A stretch of 64,000 nucleotides of DNA from an uncultured Gammaproteobacteria bacterium (GTDB lineage: Bacteria; Patescibacteriota; Patescibacteriia; SG8-24), in contig CAZBFO010000004.1 in the NCBI GenBank assembly GCA_964491475.1, positions 3,290-67,289 on the forward strand. Direction: 5' to 3'. Shown here one piece after another: positions 21,983 through 31,189 of the stretch; position 1 is the first letter of the stretch, and every line of letters begins with the position of its first letter. Both the position numbers and the translations under genes were made by a program. A model generated the notes under the pieces. It made no database searches and was not told where the DNA came from. It was given only the letters and a program-made list of their open reading frames with translations.

Positions 21983-24900
21983 CGGTAAACGCGGGAATCG
22001 CCGTTGTCGTAGAGACGGTCCTTTTGCTCGTCCAGGAAGTCGACCGGATAGCTGTAGAAAAAGGAGGAGTCGTTGTAGTCCGTGGCGCTGACGCGCTTGT
22101 GGATGTTGGCGTAGCCGAGGAAGACGTAGGCGTACTTGCGCACGAGGCCCGGATAAATGTCGAAGAGCACGTTCGTGCCAGCGATGCTGCTCACCTTGCT
22201 GGAAAGAAAGCGGTCGGATTGCACGCTCGCCTGGTACTCGAAGTGCGGGTCATTCGACTTTATTTCGGAAAGCCATTCCACGCCGAGCACTTCCCCGCGA
22301 TGAAGGTAATACTCATCGTAGTAGTCTCCGGAATTGTTCAGGTGCAGCTGCGGTCCGTAGGCTCCCAACGCCTGGGTAAACACGCCGGTCGACGAGTACA
22401 GGAAGACGACCGCCATGACGGCGCCGATGCCGATCCTGACGCGATCGCTTGCGCCCAACGGCCACGCCAGGCTGCCGAGCACGATGAAGATGCCCATGAA
22501 AACCAGGGACTGTTCGAAGGCCCGCATGATGCCGTATTCGACGGAAAGCACGGGGAGAAGCACCAAGGCCAAAATGAACAGCAGGCTGGCGATCGCCATG
22601 AGACCGTATTCGAGGTCGAGCTTGCGCCGCAGGAACCGCCGACCCAGCAGGCAGGCGCCCATGCCGACGAAAATGAGGATTTGCAGCAGCTTGGCGGTGC
22701 CCTGCCTGAAATCGTAGTTGAACGCGGCCACATCGACCCCCAGCGACTGCAACCATCGTCCGACGGGCGTCAGCTCGAGGACGACCGGCTTGGAGGCGGT
22801 CACTTCGTCCTTACGGTATTCGGCCGGCGCGAAAAACGTTCCCGGCAATTCCCTGCCGCGCGCCTTCTCGACCACCTTGTTCTGATATTCGGCGAGCAGC
22901 TCGGCCGGCGTTTGGCTCTTGTGCCACGAGAAGAGGCTGTAAAGCACCGTCCCCGATTGCGCGTCCTCACGGACATTGCTGCGCATGACGGCGACGGTCT
23001 TTACGACGACGCGGTACAGGCTGTTCGAAGACGTGTCGGTCAGCACGCTGCTCCAAAGAAAGCTGGCACCGCCCAAAATGATGACGACCGGAACCGTAAT
23101 CACGTAACCCCTCGGAACCGGCCCTGACGGCGTGAGGGCGACGCCCGCCCGCTTGAACCATCCCCACTTCGCCAAAAGACGGACGATGGGCCGGGTGAAA
23201 AGCAGGATGAGCATCAGCAAGATGACCGTGTACGTGGTTGAATAGTGCGACAGCACCAAACCAAATCCCAGCGACACGAACAGCCGTCTGCGCAGCTTGA
23301 GCGAAATGTCGGTGGCGAAGGCCAAGTACGTCATTATCGCCACGAACATGAAGGCGATCTCCTGGCGGTCCAGCATGGGCATGTCCCCGAAGAAGGTCGG
23401 AAACGCCATGAAATAGATCGCGTTCATGACCGCCAGCGTCGAAGACACGAATCGGCGCGTGGTAAGGTACAGGACGCTCGGAACGGTCGCGAAGAGGATT
23501 TGAAAGAAGACCTTGTACGCGTACGGGTCGGAAAACTTGAGCGTGCGCGCAAACATCACCGGCAGAATCGTGATGCTGATGCAGGCGTTGTAGGCGTCGT
23601 GAAAGTTCGCGATGGACCAGTAGCCGTTATGTTTCGTCAGCTGGAATACGCGGAATTCGCGCTGCACGTCGTGGCCGGTCGTAAACCAGCCGCGAAGCGA
23701 GGTCATGAAGAGCAGGGAGAGCCCCATGAAGAACAGGGCCGTCGCGACGGCGTCGGGATGAATGCGCTTTGCGCGCCACATCAGAAGGCCCGCGTACGCC
23801 CCGATGCCCACGAGCATCGCGTAGGTCAGCCACGAGCTGCCGCCGTTGTTGAGCAGGATGGCCCCGAAGGCGCTCATCGCCACGAATACCGACGGGAAAA
23901 ACGCCAAAACGACATCACCGGTTTTTCCCAGGAACGAGAAATCGAATGGCACGTATTCGACCTTCGCGCGCAGGATGCAGACGATGGCCAGGGCATAGAC
24001 CAGCAACGTGGTCTCAATCAATATGTACGGTCCGTACAGCGGTTGCGCGATGCCCAGCAACGGAAAGACGGTGTTGCCCAAAAGGCCCGCCAGCATGAGC
24101 TCAAGAACGCCGAAACCGATGACCAGGCTCAAGCTGCCCCACAACGGCATGCTCTTGAGGCGGATGGCCAAGACCGTCAAATAGCCCGGCACCAGAACCA
24201 GCGAAAGGAACCCGACGATGTTCAGCATCTGATAACTGTTGAACTGCAAAGCCGACAGCACCGTAAAAGCCGACCAGGCCAGCATGGCCGCGGCCAGGCC
24301 GCCGAATGCAGGAGCGCGGTCGAGGACGGCGGGACGCGCCTTGGCGGCAACGCCGTCATACGCTGCTTGAATCCGCCCGACGAAAACGTCGACGGTATGG
24401 AGTCTCGCCTTTGCCGCGCTGGCGCGCGACAAATCCGAAAGCAGGCGCTTCTTCTCCCAAAGCATCTCGATGACCTGGACGAACTGCTCGACATACGGCT
24501 CGTTGACCAGGATGCCCGTGTCGCCCAACAGGCCCGCAATGCCGCTGACGTTGGTGCCTACGACCGGCAACCCTCCGGCCATCGCCTCCAAGACGACCAG
24601 AGGCGTACCGCCTTCGCGATCGGAAGAAATCAGCAGCATGTCGTTCGATGCGTGATAGGCCTTCATCTCGGCGTCATTCTTGCTGCCGACGAACGTCACG
24701 TTGTGACGAGAGTGCTCGGCCACCAGCTTTTCGAGCGCCCGCCGCTCTTCACCGTCGCCCACGACCGTCAGATGCGCCGGTACTTTCAGTTGCGCAACGG
24801 CCTCGATCAGGCGTTCGACGCGTTTCTGGCGCGCCAGACGCCCGACGTACAAAAGGCGGAAGACGTCCTCGTGCGGCACGTAATCGCGCCGTACGAAAAA

Positions 24901-25461
24901 GTCCGCTTTGACGGCGTTAGGGATGATCGAGATGCGATCGGACCGCACGCCGTATTTTTTTTGCAGGACGGACGCCTGATCCTCTGCGCAGACGATGATC
25001 CGGCTGGCACCGCGGAACAGCGGCACCCACGCAAGTCGCTTGTAGAGGAGAAACAGCGTGCCGAACGGGCCAGAGGGACCGACATCGAGATGAAAGTGAA
25101 CCACGTACCGGAGATTCCTCACCCGAGCGGCAAGCATGACCAGCTCCGGCCAATAGGCCTGCGAAAGATGCAGATGCAAAATGCTGTCCTTCGGGAGCTT
25201 CATGAGCTCCCAAAAAAGTCCCGGAGCAAAAGGCGTGTGCGCGAATTCGAAGCTTGCCAGCCGCTTGACGGTCAGGTTCCCGACGGTATTGCTGCCGCGC
25301 CGATCGCCTTGCGAGGACGCCAAAACGAGGACGCGATGGCCCGCCGCGGCCATGGCCTCCGCGATCGTGCGCGCCACGCGCTCCAAGCCGCCGACGTACG
25401 GCGGATAGTGCGGGCTAAGATGTACCAAAAGCGGCTGCTTGCTCATATTCACGAAAGGCAA
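21979..25461 (-). CDS. GT4 glycosyltransferase fused to a multi-TM DUF2206-like (GT-C/polymerase-like) domain
   Basis: YPPYVGGLE, EGGTPLVVLEAMAGG; then many TM helices with GHDVQRE, RQEIA, LSHYST motifs. Confidence 0.85.
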   Translation of the reverse strand: MPFVNMSKQPLLVHLSPHYPPYVGGLERVARTIAEAMAAAGHRVLVLASSQGDRRGSNTVGNLTVKRLASFEFAHTPFAPGLFWELMKLPKDSILHLHLSQAYWPELVMLAARVRNLRYVVHFHLDVGPSGPFGTLFLLYKRLAWVPLFRGASRIIVCAEDQASVLQKKYGVRSDRISIIPNAVKADFFVRRDYVPHEDVFRLLYVGRLARQKRVERLIEAVAQLKVPAHLTVVGDGEERRALEKLVAEHSRHNVTFVGSKNDAEMKAYHASNDMLLISSDREGGTPLVVLEAMAGGLPVVGTNVSGIAGLLGDTGILVNEPYVEQFVQVIEMLWEKKRLLSDLSRASAAKARLHTVDVFVGRIQAAYDGVAAKARPAVLDRAPAFGGLAAAMLAWSAFTVLSALQFNSYQMLNIVGFLSLVLVPGYLTVLAIRLKSMPLWGSLSLVIGFGVLELMLAGLLGNTVFPLLGIAQPLYGPYILIETTLLVYALAIVCILRAKVEYVPFDFSFLGKTGDVVLAFFPSVFVAMSAFGAILLNNGGSSWLTYAMLVGIGAYAGLLMWRAKRIHPDAVATALFFMGLSLLFMTSLRGWFTTGHDVQREFRVFQLTKHNGYWSIANFHDAYNACISITILPVMFARTLKFSDPYAYKVFFQILFATVPSVLYLTTRRFVSSTLAVMNAIYFMAFPTFFGDMPMLDRQEIAFMFVAIMTYLAFATDISLKLRRRLFVSLGFGLVLSHYSTTYTVILLMLILLFTRPIVRLLAKWGWFKRAGVALTPSGPVPRGYVITVPVVIILGGASFLWSSVLTDTSSNSLYRVVVKTVAVMRSNVREDAQSGTVLYSLFSWHKSQTPAELLAEYQNKVVEKARGRELPGTFFAPAEYRKDEVTASKPVVLELTPVGRWLQSLGVDVAAFNYDFRQGTAKLLQILIFVGMGACLLGRRFLRRKLDLEYGLMAIASLLFILALVLLPVLSVEYGIMRAFEQSLVFMGIFIVLGSLAWPLGASDRVRIGIGAVMAVVFLYSSTGVFTQALGAYGPQLHLNNSGDYYDEYYLHRGEVLGVEWLSEIKSNDPHFEYQASVQSDRFLSSKVSSIAGTNVLFDIYPGLVRKYAYVFLGYANIHKRVSATDYNDSSFFYSYPVDFLDEQKDRLYDNGDSRVYR

Positions 25462-27731
25462 TCGGAAATGAGCGCTCGGTACTGCGCCACCTGCGCGGCC
25501 ATGCCGTACTTGGTGCGGGCCTTGCGGACGCCGTTGGCGGCGAGATGCCGGGCAAAGGGCTCGTCGCTCAACACGCGGCGAATGGCGGCGGCAAGCGCGG
25601 ACTCGTCGCCGGGAGTCACCAGCAGGCCGTCTTCGCCGTCGGCGATGACCTGCGGGATGCCGCCGACGTTCGAACCGATGACCGGGCGGCCGCTGGCCAT
25701 GGCCTCGATGAGAACGATGCCGAACGCTTCGGCGCCCGTGAGCGACGGCAGCGTCAACGCGCTGCTGCGGCGGTACGCCCGCACCAGTTCGTCGCCGAGC
25801 ATCGGACCGGAAAAGATGACGTTCCGCTCGATGCCGAGATCCTTGGCCATGGCACGATAGCGCGGCACGGCGTCTCCGCCGCCGACCAATTCCAATTTGG
25901 CGTCGGGAATCGACCGCGCGACGAGCTTCATGGCGCGAAGCAGCGCCGCAATCCCCTTCCAGGAAGAGGTCTCCTCGATGCGGCCCACGAACAGCACCGT
26001 CTTGCTGCCGGACGGCAGCGGGGTAGCGGCGAAACGTTCATCATCCACGGAGGGAGGGATGTCGTGCACCTTGGCGCGGAACTCCGGAAAGGCGCTCTCG
26101 AAATATTTGGTCGAAATGGCGACGATCGCCCGCGCCTTCTTGAACAGCAGGCGCAGCACGTACTGTTCGTACGCCCAAATCACGGCATCGATCGGGTAGC
26201 GGCCCTTGCGCATGCTGCCGGCGTGATACGTCACCAAGACGGGCGTCTGGCCTGCGGCCATGGCAGCCACGTCGGCGATGAAGGGCACCGGGGAGTGCGC
26301 GTGAACGAGTTGCGGCTTGGCGAATCGGAAGAGCTTGCGCAGCCAGAAGTACCACATCGGATTGACCGGCGTGTTCGACACGCGGAAGGCCGTCGGCAGA
26401 CGGTGCACGGTCATGCCGTCGATGACGTCCTGGCGGTAACCGGCGCCGTCGTGATTGCTGGTAATCACGCTGACGTCGCAGTCGCCGGATCGCTGCAGCC
26501 GGCGGGAAAGCTCGTAGGAGTAATTCTCGAGGCCTCCGATCTTCGGGTAGAAGTACGGAACGACCACGGCAATGCGCGTTTTGCCCGGAACCCCTTCCGG
26601 AAGGGCGCCGCGCAAAAACGCCTCGTACGCCGCGGCGCGCGATTCCCACATGTAGGCGGCGCCGATCTTGGCGCGTCCGGCGGCTCCCATCGCGGCGGCC
26701 AGGGCGTCGTCCTTGAGCAACCGCGTTATCCGTGCGGCAAAGGCGGGCGCGTCTCCCGGAGCGCAGGTGAAACCGTTTACGCCGTCCTCCACCAGACCGC
26801 TGCCGATTTTGCCGCAGACCACGGGCAGCCCGCAGCTCATTGCCTCGAGCACCACCATCGAGAAGCTGTCGTTGTGCGTCGGCAGGCAGAACACGCGTGA
26901 CTCCTGATATGCGCGCACCAATGCGGCCCCTTCGGCCTTGCCGTAAAAACGCACGGCCCCCGCAAGACCGAGCAGGCGTATTCGCTCCTCATGTTCCGAA
27001 CGCATGTCGCCGTCTCCGACCACCAGCAGGCGTGCCGCAGGAATCTCGGCGGCCACCGGCACGAAGGCGTCGATCAGCGTTTGCAGGCCCTTGTGCTGTT
27101 CCGAACGTCCCAAGCCGCCCACGAACAGCACCGTCGGTTCGGGTTTCCGGCTGCCGGCCGCAGGAACGAAAACGGAACCGTCGACGGCGGGCGTGACGGT
27201 CGTGCTCTTGTACCTGTAGGCGCGCAAAAAGTCGTTGCGCACGGCATCCGACGAGCAGATAATGCGGTCGGCGCGGCGCAGCAGCAGGGGCAGGAGCACT
27301 TTTTCGTATGCCCAAATGACCGGATCGACCCAGCGGTTGCCCTTGCGCATGCTCAAGCCGTGATAGGTCACGACGACCGGCGTCTTGCCGGCGACGAGCG
27401 AGGCGATGTCACCGATGCCGGGGACGGGCATGTGCACGTTGATGACGGCAGGGCGAAGTTCCCGGATGATGCGCCTGATCTTGAACGGCCACAGGAACGC
27501 AAAAGGCATGTTCGACCATTTACAGGCGTAGGCCAGCTTATGCACGGTGATGCCGTCGACCGCGGCGATCTCGTCCTTGCCGAAACGGGCGCCGGATGTG
27601 ACAAAGGTGACCTTCCAACCATGCGTTGCCCGCAGCCGCTTGGCCATTGCCAGGGCATAACGCTCCAACCCTCCGCCGTTCGGCGGAAAGTAAGGCGTGA
27701 CGAACAGGATGTTCGTTTGTTCCTGGCGCAT
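25449..27731 (-). CDS. Tandem double GT4 glycosyltransferase
   Basis: Two GT-B units (PYFPPNGGGLE...DSFSMVVLEAM; PYFYPKIGGLE...EAFGIVLIEAM). Confidence 0.92.
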   Translation of the reverse strand: MRQEQTNILFVTPYFPPNGGGLERYALAMAKRLRATHGWKVTFVTSGARFGKDEIAAVDGITVHKLAYACKWSNMPFAFLWPFKIRRIIRELRPAVINVHMPVPGIGDIASLVAGKTPVVVTYHGLSMRKGNRWVDPVIWAYEKVLLPLLLRRADRIICSSDAVRNDFLRAYRYKSTTVTPAVDGSVFVPAAGSRKPEPTVLFVGGLGRSEQHKGLQTLIDAFVPVAAEIPAARLLVVGDGDMRSEHEERIRLLGLAGAVRFYGKAEGAALVRAYQESRVFCLPTHNDSFSMVVLEAMSCGLPVVCGKIGSGLVEDGVNGFTCAPGDAPAFAARITRLLKDDALAAAMGAAGRAKIGAAYMWESRAAAYEAFLRGALPEGVPGKTRIAVVVPYFYPKIGGLENYSYELSRRLQRSGDCDVSVITSNHDGAGYRQDVIDGMTVHRLPTAFRVSNTPVNPMWYFWLRKLFRFAKPQLVHAHSPVPFIADVAAMAAGQTPVLVTYHAGSMRKGRYPIDAVIWAYEQYVLRLLFKKARAIVAISTKYFESAFPEFRAKVHDIPPSVDDERFAATPLPSGSKTVLFVGRIEETSSWKGIAALLRAMKLVARSIPDAKLELVGGGDAVPRYRAMAKDLGIERNVIFSGPMLGDELVRAYRRSSALTLPSLTGAEAFGIVLIEAMASGRPVIGSNVGGIPQVIADGEDGLLVTPGDESALAAAIRRVLSDEPFARHLAANGVRKARTKYGMAAQVAQYRALISDCLS

Positions 27732-27742
27732 ATCGTGAATGA

Positions 27743-28441
27743 TTACGGCAGCTCCGCGTTAATGACGCAGCGCACGTCCGAGGCGGCGGCAATGTGCGCG
27801 AAGACGCGTTCCAGCCTTCGCCAATCGCCGTTCTTTTCGATTTCCCAAGAATGGCCCCAGAGGTGGAACGCGGAACCTTCGGCACAGGCTTTGTCGAAAA
27901 GCGCATTGGCCAGTTTGTCCCAGTTGAGATAGCAGCGCAGGAACTTGCCGGGGCCGACGGCACGCAGGATGGCGAGAGCGTCGGACCAATGTCGGTAGGC
28001 GTGAACGGTCGTGGTCAGCGCGAAGCGGTTGGCATCGGCCGCAGGACCGAAGCGGCGCACGGTGCGTGCCAGGGTGAACCCCGCCTCTGCCGCCATGGCT
28101 TCGTGCCGAGCTGAAAAATCCCCGCAGGGATAGCAGAACGAGGTGACCGGCCTGCCGGTGACGCGTTCGAGGTATTCGCGCGACTCGCGCATTTCCTCCA
28201 GTGCCCGATCATCGGGAATACGCGAAATGCGCGGATGGGTCATAGTATGCGCGCCGATCTCGGCCTCCGCGGCCAACGCGCGAATCTGCTGGTCGGTCAG
28301 GCGGTCATCCGGAGCCACTTCCCTGCTCCGCGGAGCCACGTAGAACGTCCCCTTAAGGCCGTATTTCCGCAGCAAAGCAAGCACTTTCAGATCGAGCTTG
28401 TGCCCGTCATCCCAGCTTGTCGTCACTGCGGTTCGTTTCAT
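27743..28441 (-). CDS. Polysaccharide deacetylase (NodB/CE4 family)
   Basis: TSWDDG, HTMTHP, FCYPCG, LWGHSWE. Confidence 0.92.
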   Translation of the reverse strand: MKRTAVTTSWDDGHKLDLKVLALLRKYGLKGTFYVAPRSREVAPDDRLTDQQIRALAAEAEIGAHTMTHPRISRIPDDRALEEMRESREYLERVTGRPVTSFCYPCGDFSARHEAMAAEAGFTLARTVRRFGPAADANRFALTTTVHAYRHWSDALAILRAVGPGKFLRCYLNWDKLANALFDKACAEGSAFHLWGHSWEIEKNGDWRRLERVFAHIAAASDVRCVINAELP

Positions 28442-28446
28442 AGGTT

Positions 28447-30294
28447 TCAGCCGAATACGCGCTGCAGGCTGCCGGCGACCTTCTGCCAGTCGTAGCGCTC
28501 GATGTCCTGACGGGGGCGCAAGTCGTCGCGCGTGGCGAGCACCTGGAGCATCTTCGAAGCCAGGGCGTCGACGTCGGGAGTCACCAGAAACCCGTTGACC
28601 CCTTCGCTGATCAGTTCCTTGGCGGCGTTGTTTTCATGTTCGGTGGTTATGACCGGAATGTCGGCGGCGTTCGCCTCGACCACCACCAGGCCGAAGCCTT
28701 CGCGGACGGACGGCAGCACCAGCATCTTCGACGCCTTCATCTTGGCGTAGACGTCCTCTGCGCCTTCGATGGCGCCGTAGAAGGTCACGTTTTCCTCCAG
28801 GCCGAGCTCGGCAACCAGCGCCTGCAGCTTCTGCCGCTCCGGACCGACGCCGACGATGGCCGTGCGGAACTGCGGATGAATCATCTTCACCGTCGCGGTG
28901 GCGCGAATCAGCAGGTCGACGTTCTTGTGGTCGATCAGTCGGCCGACGTAAATGGCGTCGCTGCCTTCCGCCGCGGGAACGGCGGCAGTGATACTCTCGA
29001 GGTCGGCGCCCAGCGGCACCGTCACGATTTCACAGCGCACGTTCTCCAGGCGCAGGCGGCGCGTGGTGTGCTCGGAGTTGGAGATGATGACGTCCGGCAG
29101 GCGCATGGAAAGGCTCTCCACGGCGTGACCGAGGAGGCCGGAGACGCCGCCCAGATAGTGCTTCCAATAGGCGCGTCCCCAGACTTCATGCCAGGTGGCG
29201 TGCAGCTTTTTGCCGCGCACCCAAGTGGCCAGGCGGGCGCCGAGCAGCGGGAAGAACGGCATGTGGTCGACGTCGATCACGTCAAACTTGGCGAAGGCCA
29301 GCTTCAGCGAGGCCAGCCCGAAGCACAGCGCCTGCAAAATGGAGCGGCGGCCGTTCACGTACATCGGACGATGGCCGCAGAGCGCGTGGTAGCGGATGCC
29401 GTCCACGACCTTGATCTTCGGGCCTTCCCACCACTGCATGGTGTAGATGCGCACTTCGCAGTCGTCGGAGACCATGCGGCGGGCGATCTCGTACAGGCGC
29501 TTCTCCTTGCCGCCCTGATGGAACGGCATGACGGCGTCGGACACGAACGCCAGGGTGCGGACGTCCGGCTTTTCCGGTTCCCAAACGAGCACGCGCAGGA
29601 ACATCGACATGATGCGCGCGCCGTCGGTGAGCGGGTTCAGGTTGCTTTCGCCGGCGCGGGCGTCGTAGCTGATGGGGACGCAGTAAATCTCCTCGCCCAG
29701 CCTGGCCATCTTGGTGACCATCTCCATCTCGATCGAGAAGTCGGTCGACTTGAGGTGCGGGGCGAGACGGAGCAGCGACTCGCGCTTCCAGGCGAAGTAG
29801 CCGGTCAGCACGTCGGTCACGTTGGCGCCATAAAAATAGCGGACCAGGTGCGAGAAGATCCAGTTGCCGATGCGGTTGACGGCGCCCATCGAACCTTCGG
29901 AAATGCGGCCCGCGAGGCGCGAACCGATGACCACGCTGCAAAAGCCGGAATCGAGCGGTTCAACCAGGCGCAGCACCTCTTCGGGGCGGTAGGTGTCGTC
30001 GCCGTCGAGCATCACCACGTAGTCGGCGTCGTTCTGGGCGACGTACTCGAAGCCGTGGCGGATGGCGTTGCCCTTGCCCTTCTTGTCTTCGGACAGCACC
30101 GTGGCGCCGTTCTCGCGGGCGATCTCGGCGGTACGGTCCTTGGAGTTGTTGTCGATGACGATGACCTCGAGCTCGTAGCCGAAAGCCGCAAGGCGCTCCT
30201 TGGGGAACTTGCGGATGACCGAAGCGATGCCCTGCTCTTCGTTGTAGCAAGGGATCAGGACCGCGATTTTCTTTTTCACGTCCGGTTGATGCAT
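28447..30294 (-). CDS. GT2 (DPM-synthase-like) plus GT4 fusion glycosyltransferase
   Basis: IPCYNEE, DNNSKD, LDGDDTY, TDVLTGY; then GGKEKR and REGFGLVVVEANA. Confidence 0.92.
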   Translation of the reverse strand: MHQPDVKKKIAVLIPCYNEEQGIASVIRKFPKERLAAFGYELEVIVIDNNSKDRTAEIARENGATVLSEDKKGKGNAIRHGFEYVAQNDADYVVMLDGDDTYRPEEVLRLVEPLDSGFCSVVIGSRLAGRISEGSMGAVNRIGNWIFSHLVRYFYGANVTDVLTGYFAWKRESLLRLAPHLKSTDFSIEMEMVTKMARLGEEIYCVPISYDARAGESNLNPLTDGARIMSMFLRVLVWEPEKPDVRTLAFVSDAVMPFHQGGKEKRLYEIARRMVSDDCEVRIYTMQWWEGPKIKVVDGIRYHALCGHRPMYVNGRRSILQALCFGLASLKLAFAKFDVIDVDHMPFFPLLGARLATWVRGKKLHATWHEVWGRAYWKHYLGGVSGLLGHAVESLSMRLPDVIISNSEHTTRRLRLENVRCEIVTVPLGADLESITAAVPAAEGSDAIYVGRLIDHKNVDLLIRATATVKMIHPQFRTAIVGVGPERQKLQALVAELGLEENVTFYGAIEGAEDVYAKMKASKMLVLPSVREGFGLVVVEANAADIPVITTEHENNAAKELISEGVNGFLVTPDVDALASKMLQVLATRDDLRPRQDIERYDWQKVAGSLQRVFG

Positions 30295-30303
30295 ACGTCG
30301 TCG

Positions 30304-30783
30304 CTAGATGGTCCGAGGAAGGGTGAAGTGAATCGATCGTCCGAAGTCCGGCAGATCGACGAAGAACTCGACTTTCGGCGAGGCAGCCGTGAAGAAGTAC
30401 TTCTGCTCGATCAGCTGCTTCTCCCCGTCCGGAATCGTCACCGTCGTCTCCGTCAGCGTCGTGACCGGCCGGTTGCCGTTCTGCATGGTGACGCGGTAGC
30501 GGTAGTCGACCTGCCGACCCTCGAGGTTACGGATGTAAAAGCGGAATGTCAGGAAACTGCCCTCTTGGATGGCCGTCATGGCGGGCAAGTTGTCGTCAAA
30601 GTACAGCTCGGTGAGACGTTCCTCTTTCGGCCACAGGTTCAGCTTGGTCAGTTCGTTTTTGAGGTAGCCGGTCTCGACGGCATACGCAAAAGCCGAAAGC
30701 ATGATCACACCGGCAAAAATGGCGATGATTCGACGCATAACGGCCCGAAAAATAAGGCGAAAGACGACGCCTACACTTACCAC
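30304..30783 (-). CDS. Membrane-anchored DUF1616-like protein
   Basis: One TM helix followed by LTELYF...IRNLEG...YRY beta-rich domain; first gene of the glycosylation operon; start uncertain (30783 or 30738). Confidence 0.65.
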   Translation of the reverse strand: MVSVGVVFRLIFRAVMRRIIAIFAGVIMLSAFAYAVETGYLKNELTKLNLWPKEERLTELYFDDNLPAMTAIQEGSFLTFRFYIRNLEGRQVDYRYRVTMQNGNRPVTTLTETTVTIPDGEKQLIEQKYFFTAASPKVEFFVDLPDFGRSIHFTLPRTI

Positions 30784-30819
30784 GAATTTGTCGCTGTGTC
30801 AAGCCAATCCTTGGTCGTG

Positions 30820-30848
30820 TTGACCCTCCCAAACCCCCGTGCTACCTT
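30820..30848 (+). promoter_or_regulatory. sigma70 promoter for the ncRNA/rny transcript
   Basis: TTGACC-17-TACCTT with extended TG. Confidence 0.65.
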
Positions 30849-30855
30849 GAAAACA

Positions 30856-31043
30856 GGTACGTTCATATTCAATCCTGCGAGAAATGACCGAAGGGTGGCC
30901 GCAAACTGCAGTTCTGGCGTGGCAACCCTGTGACGATATGAGGAATTCGACCAATGGTAATCCTGAATGGGCACACGCGGTAATCGAGACGTTCGTCCCG
31001 GGCGCACTTGCCTCGGAAAAGACGGACGGTGAGCGTGACGTAA
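30856..31043 (+). ncRNA. Putative 6S RNA-like structured RNA
   Basis: About 185 nt after a promoter and upstream of rny; hand-folded rod with closing stem TACGTTCA/TGACGTA, CCGA/TCGG, GCGTG/CACGC, apical AGGAATT/AATCCT and a central bubble. Confidence 0.5.
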
Positions 31044-31189
31044 ACAGCCCGGAACAAGCAAAAACAAACGCCTGATACCCTTCAGGCGTGCTTGCCATTG
31101 CGACAACCTGCATATCGCGCACGCCTTCCGGCGTCGCTTGCCGTCGCTGACGGCACGGCCGAAACCTCGCAGGAATGTAGAGGTTTTTT

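Noticed and set aside
30884-31075. 63-aa ORF upstream of rny
   Set aside because: No SD, atypical codon usage, and it coincides with the structured RNA candidate
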